The position numbers and the translations under genes were made by a program. Below, piece after piece: positions 1-13,188 of a stretch of DNA of 64,000 nucleotides. The first letter of the stretch is position 1; each line of letters begins with the position of its first letter. Source of the stretch: Octopus sinensis (taxonomy: Eukaryota); contig NC_042999.1 of NCBI RefSeq assembly GCF_006345805.1, forward strand, positions 22,134,001 to 22,198,000, read 5' to 3'. A model generated the notes under the pieces. That model was not told the DNA's origin. It was given only the letters and a program-made list of their open reading frames with translations, and did not search any database.

Positions 1-72
1 TACAAATACATACATACATACATACATACATACACATGAACACACGTCCATACATACAACCCTACATATACA
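1..72. repeat. (TACA)n microsatellite
   Basis: Directly visible tandem TACA units. Confidence 0.9.
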
Positions 73-851
73 TAATTGTATGTTCGCATTTTCCTATGTT
101 CGCATGTATTCATTGCTAAGAATGTTCCGATCAAAAATAACTAATGACAGCTATGGCCGCGAGTAATTCGTTTTTACAAATTGATATGAACTCGTCAACT
201 ATCGCAAAGCACATAGTCGGTTAATCTCCACCTCAAATGTTACTATGTTATTGTCGTCAGGATAAAAGTAATAAATATTACTCTATCGTCATTGCTACCA
301 TCAAACTTGCTGTAGGCATTGTGTCAACCTTAAATATATCTCAAGATGTTGTTACTTCGTTACTTTATCAGTATCTAATTTCTAAATGACAAACACAAGT
401 TTTGGCAAGTTGTCAGCATACCATGAGGAGAAAATAATAGGTTCATACATAGGCAAGAATCCCAAGATTTTAACCTTTATATTCGTTTTGTTTTGATGTG
501 TTTTCTGTTCTGGTAATTTTTGAGCGTGTTATTTTTGTTTTTGTTTTGTTTGTTTTTTGCTATCTTTTGATGAGGGGTTTTGTTGGGTTAGCTTTGATTG
601 TTAAAGACGAAGGAAAATTGTAGCTTTGATTCCATATATCCAAGGACATTTATTAAACGGTGTCAGCTAAAATAGGTTACACCAGGTATCGAATCTGACT
701 CATACTCTCGATAAAAATATATGATAAATTTACCTACGACAAACATTTGTGCCCCTTGCCGAGGCTGAAAAAAATTACTGTTGTGACTCGTATGCGTGAC
801 TCAAAAGAAAGTGATGAAACTTATTTTTCTCTTATATTTTATTAACATTTC

Positions 852-852
<1 letters not shown>

Positions 853-900
<48 letters not shown>
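853..900. repeat. (AAT)n microsatellite
   Basis: About 16 perfect AAT units. Confidence 0.95.
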
Positions 901-902
<2 letters not shown>

Positions 903-1299
903 GTTTCAAATTTTGCCACAAGGGCACGACTTCTGTGGCATTTGAAATCAAATCGTAACGACGGACCAAATGTCGCTAAGCATTTTTGTCCGACGTGCTA
1001 ATTATTTTAGCAACTCGCCAATTTCTTGATTCAAAGTTTAGCACAAGATCAGCAGTTTTAATCAGAGGGGGTTAGTCGATAACATCGACAGTACTATCTG
1101 ACTAGTCCTTTTTTTATCGAATCCCGACATAATGTAGAGCACTGGCCTTTTCGGTGGCAGTTGCTTTTATCCCATTTGGGGTTGATAAAATAAGTACCAG
1201 CTGAGTTATATTTCTTTGTCTACACTGATACGTCTCAACCGTCACACATATATAAATTAATATGTATACGAATATATATAATCAGGAGTGTAGTATATT

Positions 1300-2061
1300 T
1301 TCTACTCTAGGCACAAGGCCCTGAATTTTTGCGGTGGGGTAGTCGTTTAGATCGACCAAAGTGCACATTTGGTACTTAATTTAGTGACCAGGAAAAGATA
1401 AAAGTCAAAATCTACCTCGGCGAAATTTGAACTCAGAATATAAACACAGGCGAAATACCAATTTCTTTACTACCCACAAGGGGCTAAACACAGAGGGGAC
1501 AAACAAGGACAGACAAACGGATTAAGTCGATTATATCGACCCCAGTGCGTAACTGGTACTTATTTAATCGACCCCGAAAGGATGAAAGGCAAAGTCGACC
1601 TCGGCGGAATTTGAACTTAGAAGGTAGCGGCAGACGAAATACCTATTTCTTTACTACCCACAAGGGGTTAAACACAGAGGGGACAAACAAGGACAGACAA
1701 ACGGATTAAGTCGATTATATAGTTCCCAGTGCGTAACTGGTAGTTATTTACTCGACCCCGAAGGGATGAAAGGCAAAGTCGACCTCGGCGGGATTTGAAC
1801 TTAGAATGTAGCGGCAGACGAAATACCTATTTCTTTACTACCCACAAGGGGTTAAACATAGAAGGGACAAACAAGGACAGACAAACGGATTAAGTCGATT
1901 ATATCGATCCCAGTGCGTAACTGGTACTTATTTAATCGACCCCGAAAGGATGATAGGCAGAGTCGACCTCCGCGGAATTTGAACTCAGAACGTAACGGCT
2001 AGACGAAATACGGCTACGCATTTCGCCCGGCGTGCTAACGTTTCTACGAGCTCGCCGCCTT
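1300..2061 (-). mobile_element. Head-to-tail multimer of a tRNA-derived SINE (family B here), about 184-nt period
   Basis: Units restart at atttctttactacccacaagg at 1461, 1645 and 1829. Each unit has a B-box-like GAGTTCAAATTCC (or AAGTTCAAAT variant) on the minus strand. Only the rightmost unit has the 5' head (aaggcggcgagc...gttagcacgccgggcg). Confidence 0.85.
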
Positions 2062-2214
2062 AGAAGCGTAGTATATTCGTTATGTTAAAGCAAGATTTGT
2101 GTGACGGATGACATAACGTCGCTTATGTAATTGAGACAGATAAAGAAGTAACAGCTGTTAGCTAATAGAATAAACGTCTATTTTCTCAGTTCAATGCTCT
2201 TATTTTCTCAATTC

Positions 2215-2890
<676 letters not shown>

Positions 2891-3021
2891 AGTTGAATGA
2901 ATTATTAGTATGGATAATTCGGTTAACCGATACCTGGGTAGCAAATTCACGTCAGAAAAAAAACGGTTGAAGCTACATGCCAAGGGCAGAGATCACCTGC
3001 TTTCGTGTGGAAATTTGTGTT

Positions 3022-3351
3022 TTTTTTTAATACAAATAAATGAAAGAATGGAGTTGAACGACGATTTAACAAAATTCCTTTATTCTCGACATATGTTTCG
3101 AAGGCTGCATATTCCTAATTTCGAAGGAATAAGGGGTGCTATGGACTCCGTGTGGGCAGCCATCTAAGAGTTTTTGTTCATCTTGATGCTGACATAAGTT
3201 CCTTGATTTTTCCTGATGAGAAGGCGGCATAATGCACCCCTTATTCCTTCGAAATTAGGAATATGCAGCCTTCGAAACATATGTCGAGAATAAAGGAATT
3301 TTGTTAAATCGTCGTTCAACTCCATTCTTTCATTTATTTGTATTAAAAAAA
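3022..3351 (+). mobile_element. Small HHR-bearing repeat with inverted partial copy (Penelope-like pLTR or retrozyme-like)
   Basis: 3022-3139 is the exact reverse complement of 3234-3351 (118 bp). The longer copy contains an HHR followed by AATAAA and ends in an A-run next to (TA)n. The Penelope-like assignment is inferred from this architecture. Confidence 0.6.
3198..3299 (+). ncRNA. Type I hammerhead ribozyme (canonical core)
   Basis: Core CUGAUGA at 3213-3219. Stem II GAAGGCgGCAUA/UAUGCaGCCUUC (11 of 12 bp). GAAA at 3274-3277. Stem III AC-AUAU-GU. Predicted cleavage after GUC at C3285. Stem I has 5 bp, an internal loop, then GUUCCUU/AAGGAAU. Confidence 0.85.
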
Positions 3352-3364
3352 TACACATATATAT

Positions 3365-3600
3365 ATATATATAGTCAATTTAAATACAGAGAGGAAAAGG
3401 AAAAAGAAAAGAAAAGAAACAAACGTGTGGACGTATCGTAAGCAATTTTTTCATAAGACGCTCAGAGAATAAAAAGAGTACTAGTTTTATGTTTCGAGCA
3501 TGGCTCTCCTTCGGGCATAGAAAAGTCCACGACGAAGGAGGAAAGAAAATAGCCAACAATCACATGCGGTTACATTTTGGAAGTAACCGGAAGTAGAAGG
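3365..3600 (-). mobile_element. Decayed repeat related to the 17325/22760/51580 family, with HHR-like GAGC-loop-GCTC-GAAAC motif
   Basis: Minus strand reads CCGAAGGA GAGC cat GCTC GAAAC ATA ... tattctctgagcgt, similar to the other copies. Confidence 0.4.
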
Positions 3601-4045
3601 AATGAAAAGAAAATGCTTTCTGGAACAGGAGAGTGTGAAAATGATCAGTGTTTTTGTGTCATTGTGTGCTAGTGTGCGCGCGTGTGTGTTTGGTAGCCTG
3701 TGTATCTATGATAGCGTTTCTGTGCGTATGGTAGTGTGTGCGTGTGGTGGTACCTGTGTGTGCGTGTCTGTGTCTGGTATTAACTGTGTGTGTGTGTTTG
3801 TGTTTGTGTGCGTAGTCTGTGTGTGTGTATGTGTGTGTGTGGTAGGTTCTGTGTGCCTGTGTGTCAATGTCGCTCTGAGAGATCAGCGTCTATAGTGGCA
3901 GATATGTGAAAGGGTGGATGTGGGTTAATATGTTCTTGTATGTGTCTGTGTGAGTGTGGTTGTGTGAATGGGTGAGTGTGGTGGCGTTTGTTTGTGTGTG
4001 TCTGTGTTGCAATGTGCACGTAGACGAAGTGGAATATGTATATGA

Positions 4046-4107
<62 letters not shown>

Positions 4108-4156
4108 AAGAAATGATCCTTAAAAGCACGTATATATATATATATATATATATATA

Positions 4157-5096
4157 TACGAGGTCTGTTCAATAAGCATCCGGACTGTTGTCATAACACC
4201 CGAAGCTAAACCACGCGAAGTAAAGCCACTAGAGAAAGACTAACCTGGAACGAACTCAGCTGTGTATGGGCTTTAAGTTTTAACATTCTACTCACTTCTA
4301 CTATTGATAGCAGTGCTTGAAGGAAGGTGTGTAGCGTGTGATTGTAGCATTGATCATGACAGAGAAAGTTATGATGGCGATACCTGCTCAGAGGCCCGCG
4401 CAAAGTTGCATAAAGTGTATGGAGAGGAGAGTACGAGCCGCACGCAAGTGTACGAGTGGTTCAGACGTTTCCAAGATGGCCGACAAAAATGTCGATATTG
4501 ACCAATATTCTTGGAGACCCTCAGCCAGCAGAAATGAAAAAAAACATCGTAGATGTGAGTGCAGCTGTTAGAGGAAATCGTTGAAATGCCATCCATGAAT
4601 TATCAGGGATTGTGCAGATTGTCACTGATTGTCCATTATCACTGAAGAGTTTATGCCGAAAACTGCTTTCAGCTGACAAAAAAGACACTTGGTATTCAGT
4701 TATTCTTTTACTCTTTTATTCTTTTATTTGTTTCAGTCATTTGACTGCGGCCATGCTGGAGCACCGCCTTTAGTCGAGCAAATCGACCCCGGGACTTATA
4801 AAAGTTGCATAAAATCTTGATTGTGTCGAGAACCATGAAAAGTTTTTTGAAAACTGTGCGTAGGCCTCTGAGCAGGTATCGCCAAACTCTTCACAAAATT
4901 TGATACCGAATTTCTTCTCCACTTTTTCTGTCATGGTCACTGTGACGACCATACGCTACACACTTTCATTCCAAGCACAACAGTAAACAATAGAAGTGAG
5001 CTAGAACATTAACATTTACTGCACATACTTAACAGTGTTCAAGGTCAATCTCTGCCAATGGGCTTCACTCTGAGTACTTTAGCTTCGTTACTACCA
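4157..5096 (+). mobile_element. Non-autonomous mariner-derived element made of two inverted transposase 5' arms (interrupted by a SINE tail)
   Basis: TA followed by TIR CGAGGTCTGTTCAATAAGCATCCGGACT. Decayed HTH region GDTCSEARAKLHKVYGEESTSRTQVYEWFRRFQDGR. An inverted second 5' arm MTEKVEKKFGIKFCEEFGDTCSEAYAQF lies at about 4855-5096. Confidence 0.8.
4700..4798 (-). mobile_element. 3' tail fragment of SINE family A
   Basis: Reverse complement of ggcggtgctccagcatggccgcagtcaaatgactgaaaca plus (gtaaaaga)-like tail. Confidence 0.85.
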
Positions 5097-5251
5097 CATG
5101 TCCGACGAACGGGAAAGTGAAACTCTGAGTAACAGTTTTTGTGATATTTTTGGTGCTTTTTAATAAAGGATATTACTCTACCTCTGGTATTCGAATACTG
5201 TTTGGTTTTCCACCTTGTTTCGCATTTATGTGCTTACTCTAGAATATGTAC

Positions 5252-5284
<33 letters not shown>

Positions 5285-5397
5285 TGTATGTATGTATGTA
5301 TGTATGTATGTATATATATATATATATATATGTGTGTATATATATATATATGTATATTATATACATGTATATATATATAAATGTGTGTGTGTGTGTG

Positions 5398-6535
5398 TGT
5401 TATCTTGACTTCAGTAAAGCGTTCTACAGAGTTGACCACAATATTCTACTGTCAAAATAGTCAAATTTTGGAAAACGTGGATTGAATATTTCCTGGAGAA
5501 TATGTGATCGATAGAATCCACTCAATCCCAGGAAAAGTCATCAGTTGTGTCCCTCAAGGGACTGCCTTGGTCCCGCCTCTCTTTATAGTCTATATTAACG
5601 ACATTTCCATGGTCATAAAACACAGCAAAATGAAAATATTCGCTGATGTCTCTAAGTCCAGAAAATTATCAATGAAGAAGAAGACCGAACTGAACTCCAT
5701 TCTGATTTAAATGCTATGAGTCAAAGGATAGACATAAACAAAATGCAACTAAACTAGGGAAAATTTGAGCTGATGCGTTTTGGAAGAAAGTCTATGCTAA
5801 AACAATCATATCTCTTCCTTTAGGAGAACCACTCACGGCATCTAATAATATCAGAGACCTAGGAGTAATTGTTGATAACAATCTCAGAAGCTAGTACGAT
5901 GATCTCCGGGATCCTAAAAACTTTTCGCTCCAGAGAACAAGGTGTCATTATTCCACTTTTCTTCTCCTTTGTACGGCTACACCTCGAATACAGCTTCCTC
6001 CTGTGGTCTCCCCATACAAAACAAACCATCTCGAAAACTGAATCACCCCAGAGGGCATTCGCTAAAGGAATTAAGGGCATGACTAATCTCGATTTTGCGG
6101 CCGTCTCAGAGCACTGAAACTCTATTCTCTCCAGCGCAATACCACCAGTATTGCTCAAAAAACCTCAACGTTAGCTTCAATTTTCATCCACGGCTAGGAC
6201 CACAAGGATCCCTACCCAATTCAGGATCGCAACACACAAATACACTGCAGCAGAATATCTTTTCCGCAACAAATCTTGCCCCATTTAACATTGTCCCGAA
6301 ATAGATCAAAGAGGAGAAAGATCCCATCACCTTTAAAGGGAATCTGGACAAATTTCTTCAAGCAATACCAGATAACCCACCTAAACCTGGAGCAACTAAC
6401 TCAACAAGAACTCCCTACTCGAATGGACCATGATACCACAGAACGTGACTTAAAATGAATTTAGCTAATTGTATCAGGTGGTGCTATTAAGTTAGTGATG
6501 GCCTGGATCAATCTTTGGCGGAAACATATCTAAGA
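5398..6535 (+). pseudogene. Decayed CR1-group LINE, reverse transcriptase and 3' end
   Basis: Motifs YLDFSKAFYRVDHNILLSK, SCVPQGTALVPPLFIVYINDI, KIFAD and FVRLHLEYSFLLWSPH...ESPQRAFAKGIKG; many stops and frameshifts. Confidence 0.85.
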
Positions 6536-6813
6536 TATATATATATACTTAATCATTGTTATATGTTTTATCTTATATTTAATATTTCTATAATATGTAA
6601 TTTTTCTAAATGGTCAAATTTAATTTTTCGTTATTGAATTAATAAAAGGTGGATTTTTTTCTAATTTATATATATATATGATATTTTGTGAAATTTGATT
6701 TAGTATTTCTAAATTGAATTTTTCCCTGTAAGTTTGGAATAATATTCCCTCATATTATATATATATATATATGTGTGTGTTTGTGTGTGTGTGGTGGTGT
6801 GTGTGTGTGTGTG

Positions 6814-6845
<32 letters not shown>

Positions 6846-9559
6846 ATGTATGTATGTATGTATGTATGTATGTATGTATGCATGTATGTATGTATTTATA
6901 TATAAGTGTTCACACATCCTAATTTTTATTTTTTAAGCTTTCGATACTTTGGTGTATCGCTGATCATTTCATTACAACCTGTTTGTCGCTTTGCTTTTTT
7001 TGTGGGAGGAGCACTAAAGCAAATAATTATGAACTTTATATCGCTCCGCTTTTATATTTGTTAATATATATTAGATATGGATTTTAATCTTATACAATAA
7101 ACCTATATATTTATCACTAAGTTGAAATAATTTTTTACACGTATTTTTTACTTTTCAAAATCTAGCTTTCCCACAACTACTGTTAATTGTATTCTTAATT
7201 GCAATGTTGGATAATTAGGTTTAAGAAAACAAAATAAGCAGCACAGTCAATTATATAGTGCATGACTTCTTAGTGCAATAAACTGTTTACTTATATATAT
7301 ATATATATATATATGTCTAATCGCTGTCATTTGACCTGCACCTAAAGAAGGTTAACTTTTTATCGTGTTATTATATTTCACAATATTTCACAGTATATAT
7401 ATATATACATATATATATGTATATGTACATATATATGTATGTATATATATATATATATATACGTATATATGTACGTATGTATGTACGTATCCGGCAGGTG
7501 CTAGTAGTAAAACAGTGAGAGTAAACATTGGGCTTTAATAAAGTAGATTTTCATTGAATATTCTTATCAATAGTCTGCAATATTTAACAAAATTTGACAA
7601 CAAAACAAGTATTTAGTAACAGCCCCTGCCCTTCATACATATATACACATATACACACACTCACACACGCTATATATATATATACGGATAGGGTGGCATT
7701 CCGGAGGAAACGTTAGCACCTCGGACAATATAAGCAGGATATTCTGAAGGCTATTTATGTTCTGAGTTCAAAGCCCGCCCAGGGTAACCTTGCGTTTATG
7801 TCTTCGGGTCGACGAAATAATCTACCTGTCAATTACTAGGGTTGGTGTCTTAGACTAGAACCATTCCCACAAACTTGTTGACTTTAAACCCTAAGATGGA
7901 CCGGTGCCCTGTTGATACGAAAATTTTGCTAACTCGGTCACTTATAAATCATGGAAGTGTTCAATCAGTGTTCTATTCATCCCCAGCATGTCATATGACT
8001 GAAACAAATAAAAGGATATTTGATTTTCATCACTTATGTTCTTGCCGTAAAGTTTCACTTCCACACACCAGCTTAATTGAATCCGTCTTTACTCGAAAGA
8101 CACCTGTTGTTTGTACGTATTTGTAACAGTGTACCATTTCTTCGTTTTTCTGCCCTTTTCTTCGTCCTTGTTTCCGTATACATTCGCTTGCTTTCTTCCA
8201 AAGAATCTCGTGCTCTTAGCTTAGATTTTCTTGGGACCGGTCAGATCGGAGCAGTCTCGAGATATATACACACACACATAAATATATAGTGTTAATGTTC
8301 ATGTATAATAAAAAGAATTTTGTATTAATCTTACGGATTTTGTAGATAAAAATTTACTCTTCTTAAACATGAATGTTGTCGACAGTGACTTCGAAGTTTC
8401 GACCACCTAAGTCCGGCGGTGGCTTAGTTGGCTGAAACGTCACTTCGAAGTCAACAACCTTCTTTTCTATTCAGAAAACCCGATCATACATCACATTTCA
8501 TGCAGTATTTGTCAAATTATATGTGGTCGACCATCAAAAAGAGAGAAATTTATTAAAACTTTCCCACACTCCAATAGCCACTTAGTAGAGGCTTTAATGC
8601 GAACAAGCATGAAACTAGAAAAAACTACTTGGTTTACAACCCACACATAGTTGAAACGTGTTCACTTATATAGGTGCAACCTTTCTTAATTAACCATTTC
8701 ACTCCTCGCTTCACAAAGAGATCACAAAACTTGAACAAAATTTATTCAAGGCTAGATATAGTTTCTTGGATATAACGTAAGAAATCTCAAACAAGCAAAA
8801 CAAACCTAAATTTAATTGCAGTGTCACTAGGTGCCTATTAAATTGATAATATTTATTTAAAGAAATGATATACGCCGTGGCTGTAGAATAGGCAAGTGTG
8901 TATTGAAGGTGTCTATAGGGTTCGCTGATAAAATATTGAGGGACAGATGCACACGCTCCACTCAATTATTTAGCTTCAGTTTTTCCATGCATCATTCTGT
9001 GTTGCACCTGGACACATCATCAGAGATTTTTGTTGGAGTCATTAGGTGTTTCGTGTTTTTAAATATCAGGCACCCTCACCCAGGTGACCCATCCAGGATT
9101 GGTCAAATCCCAGTTTGTGCTTAGACCGCACCCCTGATCCACAACTATACTGAGGTAATCTGATTGCCTTCTGTTTACTGGTCTTTGTGATGCTAAGCAT
9201 GTTGTAAGCTATGAAGAAGGAATGACCTGCAAAACAACTACAATAAAATGATATGGAAATATATACATCTGTTGCATATACTATTTGTTTTAAAAGATAC
9301 TCTCCATTTAATATTCATAGGGCTTTGAAGAAATTGGTAATGGTATATTAGCCATGAAACTATAATTGGCGTTGATTGAATACATTGTTTATATTTTGTG
9401 ATGTTTGTGTGAAATAAGGAAGTGATATTTCTCACCTTGAAACAGTAAAATGCAGACCTGCGATGAAGTGACATATTTTCTGTTTTCTGCAAAGATAAAT
9501 AGAAAAATACTTTCAACAACTGCATTGTAAGACTAAAAATTCTTTATCCATACACCCAT

Positions 9560-9945
9560 CCATTCATCCATCTTCTCCGCCCACTATTACTGAGAGGATC
9601 GTGAGGGTAGATTCTTCAGGTACCTCTTCCGTGCGGTCTTATCAGAAGCAAACATCATTACTCTCTCTCGCTCGATTCCCAAATCGGATAGTGTTATGAT
9701 GACTGTTTCGATAGGAACAATTGAGACTATGGATGTTATCAACCATCTCCTTCTTCGTCTACCCGTAGGTCTCCTGTCGCTTGGTTTGAAGAATCCATCT
9801 TGCGATTCTTTCCTGCAACATTCTAATTACGTGTCTTAGTACTGGAGCAGTAATGAGGAAGTACCTCAACCTGCAGGTACTCCCTTATATCTAACTACAC
9901 TCCCTGTCAAGTTACGTAACTCCTGAGATTATTCTGAGGAATTCT
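9560..9945 (-). pseudogene. Decayed RTE-clade LINE 3' fragment
   Basis: Minus-strand pieces ISGVT*LDRECS*DIREYLQVE and RRPTGRRRRRW resemble the RTE C-terminal region; similar to 34370-34860. Confidence 0.65.
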
Positions 9946-10154
9946 ATTTATTTGCGATTTTACTCTTTCGATTATTACCCACAATTCATGATCATAATTG
10001 AACATAGGCACGAAAACTGAATTGAAGATAGTGATTTGGGCTGAAAATATCAAACTTCTAATTGCACCTGGTTACCTACATTATATTAAAGAAACAATAC
10101 TTTTTATAATTCCTTTACTCAAGGAAATATAAACTTCAAGCATTCGAACATTTT

Positions 10155-10561
10155 CTTATTTCTTTATTGCCCACAGGGGGTTAAACATAGAGGGGGACAA
10201 ACAAGGACAGACAAACGGATTAAGTCGATTACGTCGACCCCAGTGAGTAACTGGTACTTATTTAATCGACCCCGAAATGATGAAAGGCAAAGTCGACCTC
10301 GGTGGAATTTGAACTCAGAACGTAACAGCAGAGGAAATACCTATTTCTTTCCTACCCACAAGGGGCTAAACACAGAGGCGACAAACAAGGAGAGACAAAC
10401 GGAAATCGACCCCAGTGCGTAACTGGTACTTAATTTATCGACCCCGAAAGGATGAAAGGCAAAGTCGACCTCGGAGGAATTTGAACTGAGAACGTAGCGG
10501 CAGACGAAATAACGCTAAGCATTTCGTCCGGCGTGCTAACGTTTCTGCCATCTCGCCGCCT
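10155..10561 (-). mobile_element. SINE family B dimer
   Basis: Two head-to-tail units with the same junction type as 1300-2061. Confidence 0.85.
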
Positions 10562-11014
10562 ATATTCGAACATTTTCTGTCAGGAAACTGGTTGGTTCTA
10601 AAGATGATTCAGAAGATTGAAATAACTTCAAGTAAATTGAAGTGAAATTTAGACAAAATGATAATTTATATTCTCATTCAAGTACAATCATCTGCACCAA
10701 CTTATTTGCAGTATTTTAACACAATATGTAAATAAAATTTCACAAAGAGAGTTGCAGTAATACTAAAAGTCGCTACCAATAACCGTTTCTCTTAAGTAAA
10801 ATCTTTCTTTTTTAAGTTTGAATTGCTTCCTCTTAAGTCTAATGTGCGTGATCGGTGATAAACAATAAAGCAGGCGACACCATCTTGGATTAAGAAGTGT
10901 TTTCATTACAGACAAACATGGCTACCAGTTAGATAAAAACATTTCGCTGAAATTGAAGTAAATGCAGATAACATCGACCGAATAAACATATTAACAATCG
11001 TACTCCGTGTAAGT

Positions 11015-11121
11015 ATATTTGTGCCGAGTGTATGTTTATACACATACATGTGCATACATATATACATACATACATACATATACATATATATTATATATAT
11101 ACATATATATACATAATATAC

Positions 11122-11152
<31 letters not shown>

Positions 11153-11182
11153 CATATATATACATATATATATATATATATG

Positions 11183-11244
<62 letters not shown>

Positions 11245-11290
11245 ATATATATATATATGTATATACATATATATATACATACATATATAT

Positions 11291-11332
<42 letters not shown>

Positions 11333-11370
11333 ATATATATAATATATATATATATACATAATATATATAA
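11015..11370. repeat. Degenerate (TA)n/(TACA)n tract
   Basis: Directly visible. Confidence 0.9.
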
Positions 11371-11931
11371 CGAATTTCACTAGAAAGTTTCCAGACAGTA
11401 TGTCCTGTGATTATCCTGTTCAACTGAATTACGTGAGCACTGAAGATCATTGATAGCCCCCCTACTGTGGCAGTAGACAGTAAAATTCATATTATCTATT
11501 TATATTCCATTATTACACCGTATCTTCTAACATTGTATTACAGGATAATGTAAAGTGAAACTAACTGACAAATTCTAGAAACGTAATTTCATCTAATTCT
11601 GCATAAATGTCGGCAGAACTACCGAAACCTTTGAAAGATTAACTAAGGTTTTTAGCAAACATTCCTTATGTCCGACACATGTTTCCGTGTGGTAGTCACG
11701 TTTTTAGGAGCAGAGTGTGTTGGTTTATGATGATGAAACTTAAGAGACTGGTTTGAGGCCACGTTGTACAAAAACATTCGAATAAATCTTTCATTAATCA
11801 CATCTCCCCCAATCCCTCTCTCTAAGCATAGCCACAACCAGGTTTACAGAGACACACACACACATAAATGTGTCTGTGTGTATTTGTCTCTTTGTTTTGA
11901 GCTTGTGTTTAGGTATATATGCATACATATA

Positions 11932-12317
11932 TGGAAGCACTCCGTTGGTTACGACGACGAGGGTTCCGGTTGATCCGAATCAACGGAACAGCCTGCTCGT
12001 GAAATTAACGTGTAAGTGGCTGAGCACTCCACAGACACGTGTACCCTTAACGTAGTTCTCGGGGATATTCAGCGTGACACAGAGAGTGACAAGGCCGGTC
12101 CTTTGAAATACAGGTACAACAGAAACAGGATGTAAGAGTGAGAGAAAGTTGTGGTGAAAGAGTACAGCAGGGATCACCACCACCCCCTGTCGGAGCCTCG
12201 TGGAGCTGTAGGCGTTTTCGCTCAATAAACACTCACAACGCCCGGTCTGGGAATCGAAACCGCGATCCTATGACCGCGAGTGCGCTGCCCTAACCACTGG
12301 GCCATTGAGCCTCCACA
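11932..12317 (-). mobile_element. tRNA-derived SINE, head/body H1 plus tail T1
   Basis: Minus strand has A box TGGCCCAGTGG and B box GGTTTCGATTCC; the tail ends ccctcgtcgtcgtaaccaacggagtgcttcca. Confidence 0.85.
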
Positions 12318-12944
12318 ATACATATATATATATAGTGCATACGTATATGTTCGTCTCAACGATTTTTTCTTCTCTTCTTTGCCGTAACGATTAATCTATT
12401 TCACTCCGCCATTTTACTTTCGTTTTTTACACTGAAATTGTCAGCCCTACATCACGCTATTACTTCTGTTTTTACTCATTAATATACATTAAGTACGCTT
12501 AGTATCGTTGTTTAATAAATAAAACATTCTCTCACCGAAACATTAACTGAGGATCGTGTTTTTACCGATACTGTCAATAATTTCCCCCACCGATAACGCG
12601 TCAACCTTCCGACAAGCAGTTAATTGTGGTGTTAATTGCAAGGTTCGGTAATTAGTGTTGAAAAAATACACTGTCAATTATAGAGTGTATGACGATTCAG
12701 TGCAGTGATCTGATTAAATATATATTCCTAATAGCAGCCATTTGAACATGACCTTAGCACTTATAATTTATTTGCTAAATGTACCATGCCTCACAAATAC
12801 AGCCAACTAGCGCTGTCTCTTATACTCCTTCCGTCTCTTTCATGTTTTCTCTTCTCTATCTACGTATATATCTTTCGTCTCTCTCTTTCTCTCTCTTATG
12901 CTTTCTCTTCTGTGTTTCCTTATATTATTAAGTTTACACTTATA

Positions 12945-13112
12945 GGTGCGTGCGTGGCTGTGTGGTTAGAAGCTTGCTTCCCAACCACGTGGTCCCGAAT
13001 TCAGTTTCACTAGGTGGCATCTTGAACAAGTCTCTTCTTTAATAGACTAGGTCCTACCAAAACCTTGTGAGTGGATTTGGTAGGCGGAAATTAAAAGAAG
13101 CCCGTCGTATGT
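12945..13112 (+). mobile_element. SINE family A, 5' half (diverged)
   Basis: tggctgtgtggttagaagcttgcttcccaaccac ... ccttgtgagtggatttggtag. Confidence 0.8.
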
Positions 13113-13144
13113 CTACATACATACATGTGGCGTAAGTATAAATA

Positions 13145-13188
<44 letters not shown>

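Noticed and set aside
8375-8458. Hairpin with GAAAC-GTC and flanking acttcgaagt palindromes, as an HHR
   Set aside because: No CUGANGA-like core on either strand; only an imperfect inverted repeat.
10912-11008. Plus-strand candidate exon (cag| ... |gtaagt)
   Set aside because: All three frames contain stops, and there is no supporting neighbour exon.
12400-12420. YY1-like CCGCCATTTT (and a GC box near 23622) as promoter evidence
   Set aside because: Single short motifs are expected by chance; no linked gene start.
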